Source: Candidatus Nitrospira inopinata
GTDB taxonomy: Bacteria > Nitrospirota > Nitrospiria > Nitrospirales > Nitrospiraceae
Length of the DNA: 32,000 nucleotides
Direction of reading: 5' to 3'
NCBI RefSeq assembly: GCF_001458695.1
Contig: NZ_LN885086.1
Span: 2,220,001-2,252,000, forward strand
Shown in pieces: positions 25,237-32,000 of the stretch. Below the pieces are notes generated by a model. The model did not search any database, had not been told where the DNA came from, and saw nothing but the letters and a program-made list of their open reading frames with translations. Numbering within the stretch: position 1 is the first letter of the stretch; each line of letters starts with the position of its first letter. Both the position numbers and the translations under genes were made by a program.

Positions 25237-25651
25237 AGGTGCTGACTTCGACCGTTTCTTCGGTTCTTCCTCGCGGCCAGGAGATCGTCACCCGAACCTC
25301 CCGAACCAACTCAAGCGGCGTCGGCGCGATCGTTTGTTTCCATCGATACCCCGCCGGCCGGTCCGACGTACGGTCGACCATGGGCGCGCCGAGCGGCGGC
25401 ATTCGGAATTCTCCCGTGGTTTCTCCGATGGGGTATAGGCCGGCCAATTCGGTTTCCAGCAGTTTTTCCTGCGCCAGGAGCGTCGCCGTGGTCAACTCGC
25501 GCGCGCGATGATGAAGGTCGATGTCGAAGTTGCGGAGACCGAGGAGAACGGGCAGCGCGATCGCCAGCAGAGCGACGGCCAGCATCACTTCCAGCAGGGT
25601 GAATCCGCTCTCGCGAGAGAAGGTGGTCGGCATGTCGTACGGCGCCGTCAT
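25211..25651 (-). CDS. gspI: type II secretion minor pseudopilin GspI
   Basis: Prepilin-type N-terminus SRESGFTLLEVMLAVALLAIALPVLL. 146 aa. ATG 25651 overlaps the gspH stop (ATGA). The longer ORF-track start 25981 runs through gspH and is rejected. Confidence 0.8.
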   Translation of the reverse strand: MTAPYDMPTTFSRESGFTLLEVMLAVALLAIALPVLLGLRNFDIDLHHRARELTTATLLAQEKLLETELAGLYPIGETTGEFRMPPLGAPMVDRTSDRPAGYRWKQTIAPTPLELVREVRVTISWPRGRTEETVEVSTYVFAGNAF

Positions 25652-26238
25652 CGGGGCGGAACGGCCTGCAATAAAGTTTTGACGCGATCCGGAATCGGTC
25701 GAGGGACGGGCGGATCGGGTCGTCGGTCGAACGTCGTGACGTTGCCGGTCAGGTGGTCGATCATCAGCGTCAACAGGTTGTTGCTTCCGTCCGTAAAATA
25801 AATCGTCGCCGGATCGAGGCGGCCGTTCGGGAAGAACAGCAGCTCCACCTGCCCGTACGTGCGCGTGACGTTTCTTACGGAGACTTCCGCCACCCGAACG
25901 GCCTCCGGAAACGATCGGGGAGACGCCCAGACGGCGTCGAGAGGACGCCGCTCTTCCCGTCCCTCCACCACCATCACCCAATAGGTGCCACGGTCGAGAT
26001 CCAAGTAGAGTTTCACCGGCCTCTGCCCGATTTCGGCCATTCGCTGCAACGCGCGAAGCGTGCCGATGAACTTTCGCCCCGTCGCGCTGAGGTCGTCGCC
26101 GAGGACGATTCTCGGAACCGTCAGCGCCATCACCGTGCCCACCAGAAACAACACGATGAGCATCTCCATGATCGTAAATCCGGGGGGTGTGCCGCGAAGC
26201 GCGGCATTCGGTCGCGTGGCGGATGACGCGTCGCGCAT
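25648..26238 (-). CDS. gspH: type II secretion minor pseudopilin GspH
   Basis: Prepilin-type N-terminus GTPPGFTIMEMLIVLFLVGTVMALTVP. ~195 aa. Position after gspG. Confidence 0.75.
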   Translation of the reverse strand: MRDASSATRPNAALRGTPPGFTIMEMLIVLFLVGTVMALTVPRIVLGDDLSATGRKFIGTLRALQRMAEIGQRPVKLYLDLDRGTYWVMVVEGREERRPLDAVWASPRSFPEAVRVAEVSVRNVTRTYGQVELLFFPNGRLDPATIYFTDGSNNLLTLMIDHLTGNVTTFDRRPDPPVPRPIPDRVKTLLQAVPPR

Positions 26239-26250
26239 ATTCGATGCCGC

Positions 26251-26721
26251 TTAGTCCTTGTCCAAATTCCAGTTGGTGATGTCCGCGTTGGCGCCTTCCC
26301 CTCCGACTTCCCCGTCGACGCCGAGGGACACGATTTCATATTCGCCCCTCGGGCTCGGGCTCTGGTACTTAAACGGATTTCCCCACGGATCTTCCGGAAG
26401 CTTCGGCAGGTAGCCGCCCGGTTTCCACTTTTTCGGAATCACGCCGACGGTCGGTTTTTCCACCAGCGCCCTGAGTCCCTGCTCCGTCGAGGGATAAACA
26501 CCGTTGTCCAATTTGTACAGTTGGAGCGCCCCCTCGATGTTTCTGATTTGTACCTTGGCCGCCGTGCGTTTGGCTTCGTCCGTCCGTCCCATGATGCGGG
26601 GGACGACCAACGCGGCGAGAATGGCCAAAATGGCCACCACGACCATGATCTCGATAAAAGTGAATCCGCGTTCGCCGACGCGGCGCCGCGTCCATTCCGT
26701 CGTCCGTCTGATCGTCTGCAC
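26251..26721 (-). CDS. gspG: type II secretion major pseudopilin GspG
   Basis: ERGFTFIEIMVVVAILAILAALVVPRIMG, LYKLDNGVYPSTEQGL and DPWGNPFKYQSP ... SLGVDGEVGGEGANADITNW are classic GspG signatures. Confidence 0.95.
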   Translation of the reverse strand: MQTIRRTTEWTRRRVGERGFTFIEIMVVVAILAILAALVVPRIMGRTDEAKRTAAKVQIRNIEGALQLYKLDNGVYPSTEQGLRALVEKPTVGVIPKKWKPGGYLPKLPEDPWGNPFKYQSPSPRGEYEIVSLGVDGEVGGEGANADITNWNLDKD

Positions 26722-26745
26722 GGTTTCCTCCCTCCTCCGTCGTTG

Positions 26746-27981
26746 TCACACCATCTGCCCCATTTCGAAGATGGGCAGGAGAATGGCCACCACGATGAAA
26801 AACACGATCAAGCCCATGGTCAAAATCATGACCGGCTCCATGAGCGACGTCAATCGGGTGATCACTCGCTCCACTTCGCCGTCGTAAATCTGACTGAGGC
26901 GTCCGAGCATTTCCTCCATCTCGCCGCTGCGCTCTCCGACGGCGATCATGTGGGTGACCAGCGCCGGAAATTCGCCGCTCCGCTTCAAGGGGTCGGCGAT
27001 GGTTTCGCCTTCGCGGATGTTTTGCCGGGCGCTTTCCACGGCCTCTTCCAAGATTCGATTGTTCATGACGCGCTTGGAGACGTCCAACGCGTCAAGAAGC
27101 TGAACGCCGCTGGCCAGCATCGTCGCCAGCGTGCCGGCCAGTCTGGAGATCGACACCATCCGCGCGACTTCCCCGATCAGCGGCAACCGCAGAATCAGTC
27201 GGTCCGCCGTCGTCCGGCCTCGTTCGGTTTGCAGGGATTTTCGAACGAGGATCGCGCCGCCGGCGACGAGGCCGACCAGCAGCGGCCAATAGTCCGAGAA
27301 AAACCCGCTCACCGCCATCAGCGCGACGGTCGGCCACGGCAAGGCGTGGTTCATGTCCGCAAAGACGGCGGTGATCTTGGGCACGACGAAGGTCATCAGG
27401 AAGAACAGGACGGCGACGCCGACGACGAGCATCAGGGCTGGATAGAGGACGGCGTTGGTCACTTTGTGCTTGAGCGCCAACTGTTTTTCCAAAAATTCGG
27501 CCAAGCGGAACAGAATCTGATCGAGCGCCCCGCTGGCTTCCCCGGCTCGGACCATGTGCACGTAGATGCGGGAGAAGTCTTTCTCGTGCGCTTCCAGGAC
27601 GTCGCTCAGCGATCGACCGGCTCGAATCTGCTCACGAATGTCCGCGAACAATGCCTTGACGGGTTTTTTGTCGGCTTGGTCCACGATGACGCCCAACGCG
27701 TCGACCAACGGCAGGCCGGCGACCAGCAGGGTGGCGAATTGCCTCGTGATCAGCGCCAGCTCGCCGGAGGTCAAGGAGGCGGAGCGGCCGGAACGATAGG
27801 TTGGGTCGGTTCTTGTTCCCGCCGCGCGTCCGATCGACGAGCGGGCTTGTTCGGCGACCTCGGTGGGAAAGATTCCTTCTTTTCGAAGCTTGAGGCGGGC
27901 GACCTTGGGGTTCTCGGCGTCGATGATGCCGGCCGCGGAGCCCCCGTCGGTGCGATAGCCGCGGTATTGATAGACAGGCAT
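26746..27981 (-). CDS. gspF: type II secretion inner-membrane platform protein GspF
   Basis: MPVYQYRGYRTDGG at the N-terminus. Duplicated GspF-type domains (ALITRQFATLLVAGLPL and MVSISRLAGTLATMLASGVQL) and the terminal ILLPIFEMGQMV. ATG 27981 is 2 nt after the gspE stop. The ORF-track start 28221 lies inside gspE. Confidence 0.95.
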   Translation of the reverse strand: MPVYQYRGYRTDGGSAAGIIDAENPKVARLKLRKEGIFPTEVAEQARSSIGRAAGTRTDPTYRSGRSASLTSGELALITRQFATLLVAGLPLVDALGVIVDQADKKPVKALFADIREQIRAGRSLSDVLEAHEKDFSRIYVHMVRAGEASGALDQILFRLAEFLEKQLALKHKVTNAVLYPALMLVVGVAVLFFLMTFVVPKITAVFADMNHALPWPTVALMAVSGFFSDYWPLLVGLVAGGAILVRKSLQTERGRTTADRLILRLPLIGEVARMVSISRLAGTLATMLASGVQLLDALDVSKRVMNNRILEEAVESARQNIREGETIADPLKRSGEFPALVTHMIAVGERSGEMEEMLGRLSQIYDGEVERVITRLTSLMEPVMILTMGLIVFFIVVAILLPIFEMGQMV

Positions 27982-27983
27982 GG

Positions 27984-29726
27984 CTAGATTTCGACTTCCT
28001 GCTGAGTGATCCGCATCACTTCTTCGAGCGAGGTCTGGCCTTGCAACACGCGCTCGACGCCGTCCTGCTTGAGCGTCGTCATGCCCTTGGCGATCGAGGC
28101 CTGTTTGATGGCCGTCGCGTCCGCCTTGCTCCCGATCAGACGCCTGATTTCGTCGTCCAGCACCATCAGTTCGAAGATGCCCGTCCGCCCGCGATAGCCG
28201 GTCTGCGAGCAGGCCTGGCACCCGGCTCCCCGATACAGAGTCGCGTTCGATTTCGGCGGAAGGTCGAGGCGGCTCAGTTCTTCGGCGCTCGGCTTGTATG
28301 GGGTCTTGCAGTCCGGACAGATTTTGCGGATCAACCGCTGCGCCAGGACGGCCACCACGGACGAGGCGACCAGGAACGGCTCGATACCCATGTCGATGAG
28401 GCGGGTGGCCGCGCTGGCCGCGTCGTTGGTGTGCAGCGTGGAAAACACCAGGTGCCCGGTCAGGGAGGCGTGAATCGCGATTTCGGCCGTTTCGCGGTCC
28501 CGGATTTCTCCGATCATGATGACGTCGGGGTCCTGACGAAGAATCGAGCGCAATCCCGCGGCGAACGTCAGGTTGATCTTGGGATTGACCTGCATCTGGC
28601 CGATGCCGAGCAATTGGTATTCCACCGGGTCCTCGATCGTGATGATGTTCTTGTCCGGCGAATTGATGTGGCTCAACGCGGCGTACAGGGTCGTGGTTTT
28701 ACCGCTGCCGGTCGGGCCCGTGACGAGAATCATGCCGTGCGCGAGTTGGATCAATTGGTGGATCGTGGACAGGCGCTCTCCGGAGAACCCCATTTCGGAC
28801 AGATTCAGCAGACGGGTTTCTTTTTCCAACAACCGCAGCACGACCCGTTCGCCGTGGGACGTCGGCAACACCGACACGCGCAGGTCCACGTCCTTGCCGG
28901 CCGTCCGAATCGCGAACCGGCCGTCTTGGGGAAGCCGTTTCTCGGCGATATTGAGGCCGGCCATGATTTTGATGCGAGCGATGATGCTGGCTTGCAGGCG
29001 TTTGGGCGGAGTCAGGACCGGATACAGGACGCCGTCGATGCGGTATCGGATCACCAGGCCCCGCTCGAACGATTCGAAGTGAATGTCGCTGGCCCGCTGG
29101 CGGACGGCCTGAAACAAGACGGAATTGACCAGCCGAATGATCGGGGCTTCGTCCGTGGCGTCCAACAGGTCCTGCGGCTCGTCGAGCTGGTGGGCGATTT
29201 GATCGAGGCTCTCGCTGGCGGCGATGTCCTCCATGACTTGCTCGGCGCCGTCCGGATCGGCGGTTTCGTCGTACGCGCGATTCAGACGGGCGAGCAAGGC
29301 GCCGCCGGTGGTCAACACGGGCTTGACGGGCTTGCCCAGCAACAGGCGAAGATCGTCGAGCGCCACGGTTTCCAGCGGATCGGTCGAGGCCACCAAAACG
29401 GCGCCGTCTTCCTGCCGGAGGGGAAGCACGCGGTACCGTCGACAAAACGTGATGGGCACCTTTTTGATCAGGTCGTGATCCACGGCCACGGTTTCCAATT
29501 GAGGCATCCATGACAGTCCGAATTGGATGGCGAGGCCTTCCAGCAATTCTTCTTCGCGCAGCGCGCGCAAGTTCAGCAGAACTTCGCCCAACCGCCCTCC
29601 CTTTTCCTGTTGGTGGGCCAACGCTTCTTCGAGTTTGGCGCTCGAAAGTTTGAACCGTTCTCCGAGGATTCGTCCCAGAAGGGGTCTGCCGTAATGCGAT
29701 TCCATGTCAGTGTCGGCCGAGATCAC
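27984..29726 (-). CDS. gspE: type II secretion ATPase GspE
   Basis: Walker A VTGPTGSGKTTT, Asp box, Walker B DPDVIMIGEIRD, His box TGHLVFSTLHT, and the tetracysteine CPDC...CQAC. The N-terminal T2SSE_N-type repeats are present. GTG 29726 follows AAGGCGG. Confidence 0.97.
   Translation of the reverse strand: MISADTDMESHYGRPLLGRILGERFKLSSAKLEEALAHQQEKGGRLGEVLLNLRALREEELLEGLAIQFGLSWMPQLETVAVDHDLIKKVPITFCRRYRVLPLRQEDGAVLVASTDPLETVALDDLRLLLGKPVKPVLTTGGALLARLNRAYDETADPDGAEQVMEDIAASESLDQIAHQLDEPQDLLDATDEAPIIRLVNSVLFQAVRQRASDIHFESFERGLVIRYRIDGVLYPVLTPPKRLQASIIARIKIMAGLNIAEKRLPQDGRFAIRTAGKDVDLRVSVLPTSHGERVVLRLLEKETRLLNLSEMGFSGERLSTIHQLIQLAHGMILVTGPTGSGKTTTLYAALSHINSPDKNIITIEDPVEYQLLGIGQMQVNPKINLTFAAGLRSILRQDPDVIMIGEIRDRETAEIAIHASLTGHLVFSTLHTNDAASAATRLIDMGIEPFLVASSVVAVLAQRLIRKICPDCKTPYKPSAEELSRLDLPPKSNATLYRGAGCQACSQTGYRGRTGIFELMVLDDEIRRLIGSKADATAIKQASIAKGMTTLKQDGVERVLQGQTSLEEVMRITQQEVEI
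29523..29681 (-). other. two MshEN-type 24-residue motifs with a 5-residue spacer at the GspE N-terminus
   Basis: LLGRILGERFKLSSAKLEEALAHQ, then QEKGG, then RLGEVLLNLRALREEELLEGLAIQ, compared with RLGxx(L/V/I)(L/V/I)xxG(L/V/I)(L/V/I)xxxxLxxxLxxQ. The second motif is a good match and the first is partly degenerate. Confidence 0.55.
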
Positions 29727-29867
29727 GCCGCCTTATTTGATTGGGGAGAGACTCGCGATGTCCGCGGGATTGCCGAGACCGTTTTGGAAGGGGGGCATGC
29801 CGCGGGACGCCGAACGATCTTTTCCCGCATCGTCTTGCTCCTCGTATGGTGACGGATCGGAGGGGAA

Positions 29868-30752
29868 TCAGCGCAGTTCGTACGTGACCGTCGCGCGTTG
29901 ATTGTTGCGGACGATGTCCAGCTTGACGACGTTCTCATTCTTCAACTGCTGAAGCAAGTTCAACACCGTTCCCGGGTCGCGAATCTCGACACCGTTGACC
30001 CGCTGGAGGATGTCTCCCGTCCGAATGCCGATTTTCTCATAAAAACTGGCGGGAGCCATGTAGTCGATCCGAAACCCGTTGATGGCGCCGTTGACCATGT
30101 AGGGAACCGCGCGGGCCTGGGTCAGAAGTTTGGGCAAATCGCTCATGGCGTGATCCACTTCCCGTCGGTCGATGACTTTTTTCATCGACGAGGTCGGCAG
30201 GGCCGCGGCCGGGGGAGGAGACATTACGCCGGGATTTGAGACAAGCGGTTGTTCCGACAAGGTCAATTCCACTAGTTCCTCAAGATTTCCCTGTCGAACC
30301 ACGATGCCGTTCCGCCGAATGTCTGCAACCTCTCCGACGTCGGGAATATAATCGTGAAGCCGATACAGCGTCTGGTTCTTGGAAGCCCGTTCCTCCACAA
30401 TGGCGAAGACTCCTTCTCGGTCTCCCATTACGACTCCGATCAGGCTTATCTTTGCGGCTGCCCCCAATGAAGCCCGAACCGGCGTGGAGGGCGATCCATC
30501 TGAGTTCTCTTGCTCCTGTCTGGAGGGCAAGGCAAACAAACCACTGGATCGAACGTCGTCAGCGTAACGTGTCGGGGAATAAGACGCCGTCACCCCGACT
30601 CCTGACCCATTGGGCGGTTGGGATACGGCGGCCGCAAGGGGAGCAACCTGTAATGCGTCGGCCACGAACGCATTGATCGAGTGAGCGGCCAGAAGACCAC
30701 CCCCGACGATGCAAATCAACATACCGATCGGTCGCAAGGACTGACTGTGCAT
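29868..30752 (-). CDS. gspC: type II secretion protein GspC (N-terminal TM, HR domain, C-terminal PDZ)
   Basis: TM: IGMLICIVGGGLLAAHSI. HR-like segment: LIGVVMGDREGVFAIVEE...YRLHDYIP..GEVADIRRNGIVVRQ. PDZ: GFRIDYMAPASFYEKIGIRTGDILQRVNGVEIRD. No clear RBS, so the start is uncertain. Confidence 0.8.
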   Translation of the reverse strand: MHSQSLRPIGMLICIVGGGLLAAHSINAFVADALQVAPLAAAVSQPPNGSGVGVTASYSPTRYADDVRSSGLFALPSRQEQENSDGSPSTPVRASLGAAAKISLIGVVMGDREGVFAIVEERASKNQTLYRLHDYIPDVGEVADIRRNGIVVRQGNLEELVELTLSEQPLVSNPGVMSPPPAAALPTSSMKKVIDRREVDHAMSDLPKLLTQARAVPYMVNGAINGFRIDYMAPASFYEKIGIRTGDILQRVNGVEIRDPGTVLNLLQQLKNENVVKLDIVRNNQRATVTYELR

Positions 30753-30982
30753 GCGTGTTCAACGGATCGTATTTTGAACGAAGCTTATAGTACCTGCTCA
30801 TGGTGTCTTATGCAAATGGGAGGCGATTTGACGCCCTTGGCGGATAGCGGGGGGTGATTGATTGACCGTGCCGTCTTCAAATAATCGTCATCGTTCGTTA
30901 AACATTTGTTGCCGTCCGGCAATGAAACGGAAATCTGATGAAAGCCAGAGTCTCGGAGGCTCCTTTGCCAGCGTGATCCGAG

Positions 30983-31010
30983 ATTGATGCTGTTCCATTG
31001 ATGCTGTTCC
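30983..31010. repeat. perfect 14-bp tandem direct repeat (attgatgctgttcc x2) in the AT-rich divergent intergenic region
   Basis: Read directly: gagATTGATGCTGTTCCATTGATGCTGTTCCaaag. Confidence 0.85.
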
Positions 31011-31167
31011 AAAGTGGTCGGGGATTGCCAAGAACTGTGTCGGTCGTCTTTGTGTATAAGAATTCTCCATGCGGAAATGAGGGAAGAAGAAATCTAGAAC
31101 GAATTGATTTCTAAAATGATTCTGCTCGTTCATACCGGGAGATTCTAAAAGCCGGCCTCGTTTTGAC

Positions 31168-31183
31168 TGGCATGAATTCTGCT
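31168..31183 (+). promoter_or_regulatory. candidate sigma-54 (-24/-12) promoter upstream of the TPR gene
   Basis: TGGCAT-gaatt-CTGCT compared with consensus TGGCAC-N5-TTGCW. The GG and GC dinucleotides are separated by exactly 10 nt. It lies only ~11 nt upstream of ATG 31194, which would argue for the downstream start at ATG 31245. Confidence 0.3.
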
Positions 31184-31193
31184 CGATCTTAAA

Positions 31194-31748
31194 ATGCACA
31201 AGAGTCATGAGAAGAAACGTTCTTTATGGCATGGACTTATTAGGATGATAGAGGCACAAAGGCCGGGCGAAACAGGACAAGCGGGTGTTTCAGCGGCGGA
31301 GCGGTACGAACGGGGGCTGGCGCTGAAAAATGCCGGATTGTATAAGGCGGCGATCGATCAGTTCGAGCTGGCCGTGGCCGATCCCGGTTTTGCGGTCAAG
31401 GCCTATGCGCAAATCGGGCTGTGTTTAAAGGTCAACGGTATGTGCGAAGAGGCGGTGGCGGCCTTCCGCAAGGCCCTTGCCTGTTCGACCGGCTCTCCCA
31501 AAGAAACCGTTCAGGTACTGTATCTCTTGGGCCGGACCCTCGAGTTCTTGGGGAGAATGGAAGAAACCCTCGAGGCCTATCGCTGGATCAGGCGGGAGGA
31601 TCCCGGCTACCGCGACGTGGCCGCTCGCATCGAACAGTTGAGTGCTCGACGACCAAGTCCGTCCGGCAGAAAAGGTCGAGCGGACGAAACCGGTCCAACG
31701 GGTGGTTTCTTGAACATTCGACAAACGCTGCTTGGAACTTCCAAATAA
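31194..31748 (+). CDS. TPR-repeat protein
   Basis: Repeated 34-residue helical-pair pattern: ERYERGLALKNAGLYKAAIDQFELAV, AYAQIGLCLKVNGMCEEAVAAFRKAL, VLYLLGRTLEFLGRMEETLEAYRWI. The start is ATG 31194 or ATG 31245. Confidence 0.7.
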   Translation: MHKSHEKKRSLWHGLIRMIEAQRPGETGQAGVSAAERYERGLALKNAGLYKAAIDQFELAVADPGFAVKAYAQIGLCLKVNGMCEEAVAAFRKALACSTGSPKETVQVLYLLGRTLEFLGRMEETLEAYRWIRREDPGYRDVAARIEQLSARRPSPSGRKGRADETGPTGGFLNIRQTLLGTSK

Positions 31749-31898
31749 GGTGTGATCACCGGCTCTTCACGGCTCGAAGCGCGCCGGCCGATTGCCGAGC
31801 CATGTTCCAACCCCTGCCATGTCGCCCTCTTCCCTGACCGACGGTGATTCAGATACACTGCGCTCGCCATAGGGGATAACTGCCGGAGGGGACGATCG

Positions 31899-32000
31899 AT
31901 GGACTGTCTATTGATCCGTCATGGAATTGCCGTGAGCCCTGAAGAATGGGAAGGGGGTGAAGACAAGCGTCCGTTGACCCCGAAGGGGAAAAAGCGAGTG
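31899..32000 (+). CDS. 3'-truncated SixA-like phosphohistidine phosphatase (histidine phosphatase superfamily)
   Basis: My own translation gives MDCLLIRHGIAVSPEEWEGGEDKRPLTPKGKKRV. The RHG catalytic motif and RPLT.KG match the SixA N-terminal pattern. GGAGGGG lies upstream of the ATG. Only 34 codons are visible, and the ORF is not in the supplied track. Confidence 0.45.
   Translation, partial: MDCLLIRHGIAVSPEEWEGGEDKRPLTPKGKKRV

Noticed and set aside
26521-29513. Long + strand ORFs (26521-27987, 28041-29513) opposite gspF and gspE, and 22362-23660 opposite gspL
   Set aside because: The same shadow-ORF composition (D/G/R/H/Q-rich) with no motifs. The - strand encodes clear GspF, GspE and GspL proteins.
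30785-31208. Two - strand ORFs (75 and 106 aa) within the AT-rich intergenic region
   Set aside because: There are no RBS or recognisable motifs, the composition is odd, and the ORFs overlap each other. They more likely arise by chance in AT-rich non-coding DNA, so the region is reported as a regulatory region instead.

Overview
This is a high-GC bacterial chromosomal window, roughly 60% G+C by eye. I found no rRNA, tRNA, CRISPR array, transposase or integrase.

It holds two convergent gene blocks.

(1) nt 1-20494, + strand: a roughly 19-kb co-directional motility and chemosensory supercluster. Gene order:
- a 5'-truncated MCP-like gene
- a small HTH gene
- cheY-cheZ-motA-motB
- a STAS gene, a minimal CheZ-like gene and a second cheY
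- cheA, a YfhL-type ferredoxin and cheW
- two multi-PAS MCPs
- a stand-alone CZB zinc-binding protein
- cheR-cheD-cheB
- a partner-switching set: STAS, REC-PP2C phosphatase, single-domain Hpt, and REC plus an RsbW-like kinase

The cheY-cheA-cheW-mcp-cheR-cheD-cheB core has the gene order of Che2/Aer2-type (F7-like) systems.

(2) nt 20571-30752, - strand: a tightly coupled type II secretion operon in the order gspC-E-F-G-H-I-J-(N-like)-L-M-K. No secretin (gspD) or prepilin peptidase lies in the window.

Right of gspC is a roughly 440-bp AT-rich divergent intergenic region carrying a perfect 14-bp tandem repeat. It is followed by a TPR gene and the first 34 codons of a SixA-like phosphatase.

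Most unusual points:
- the chemosensory operon ends in a split partner-switch module in which both enzymes are gated by a receiver domain
- CheA carries two tandem MshEN-like (c-di-GMP-receptor-type) 24-residue motifs
- there is a second, minimal CheZ paralogue with its own CheY
- a ferredoxin and a stand-alone CZB protein are embedded in the che operon
- a 636-bp block is almost identical between the two MCP genes, which points to gene conversion

All calls come from reading the translations. No database search was run.
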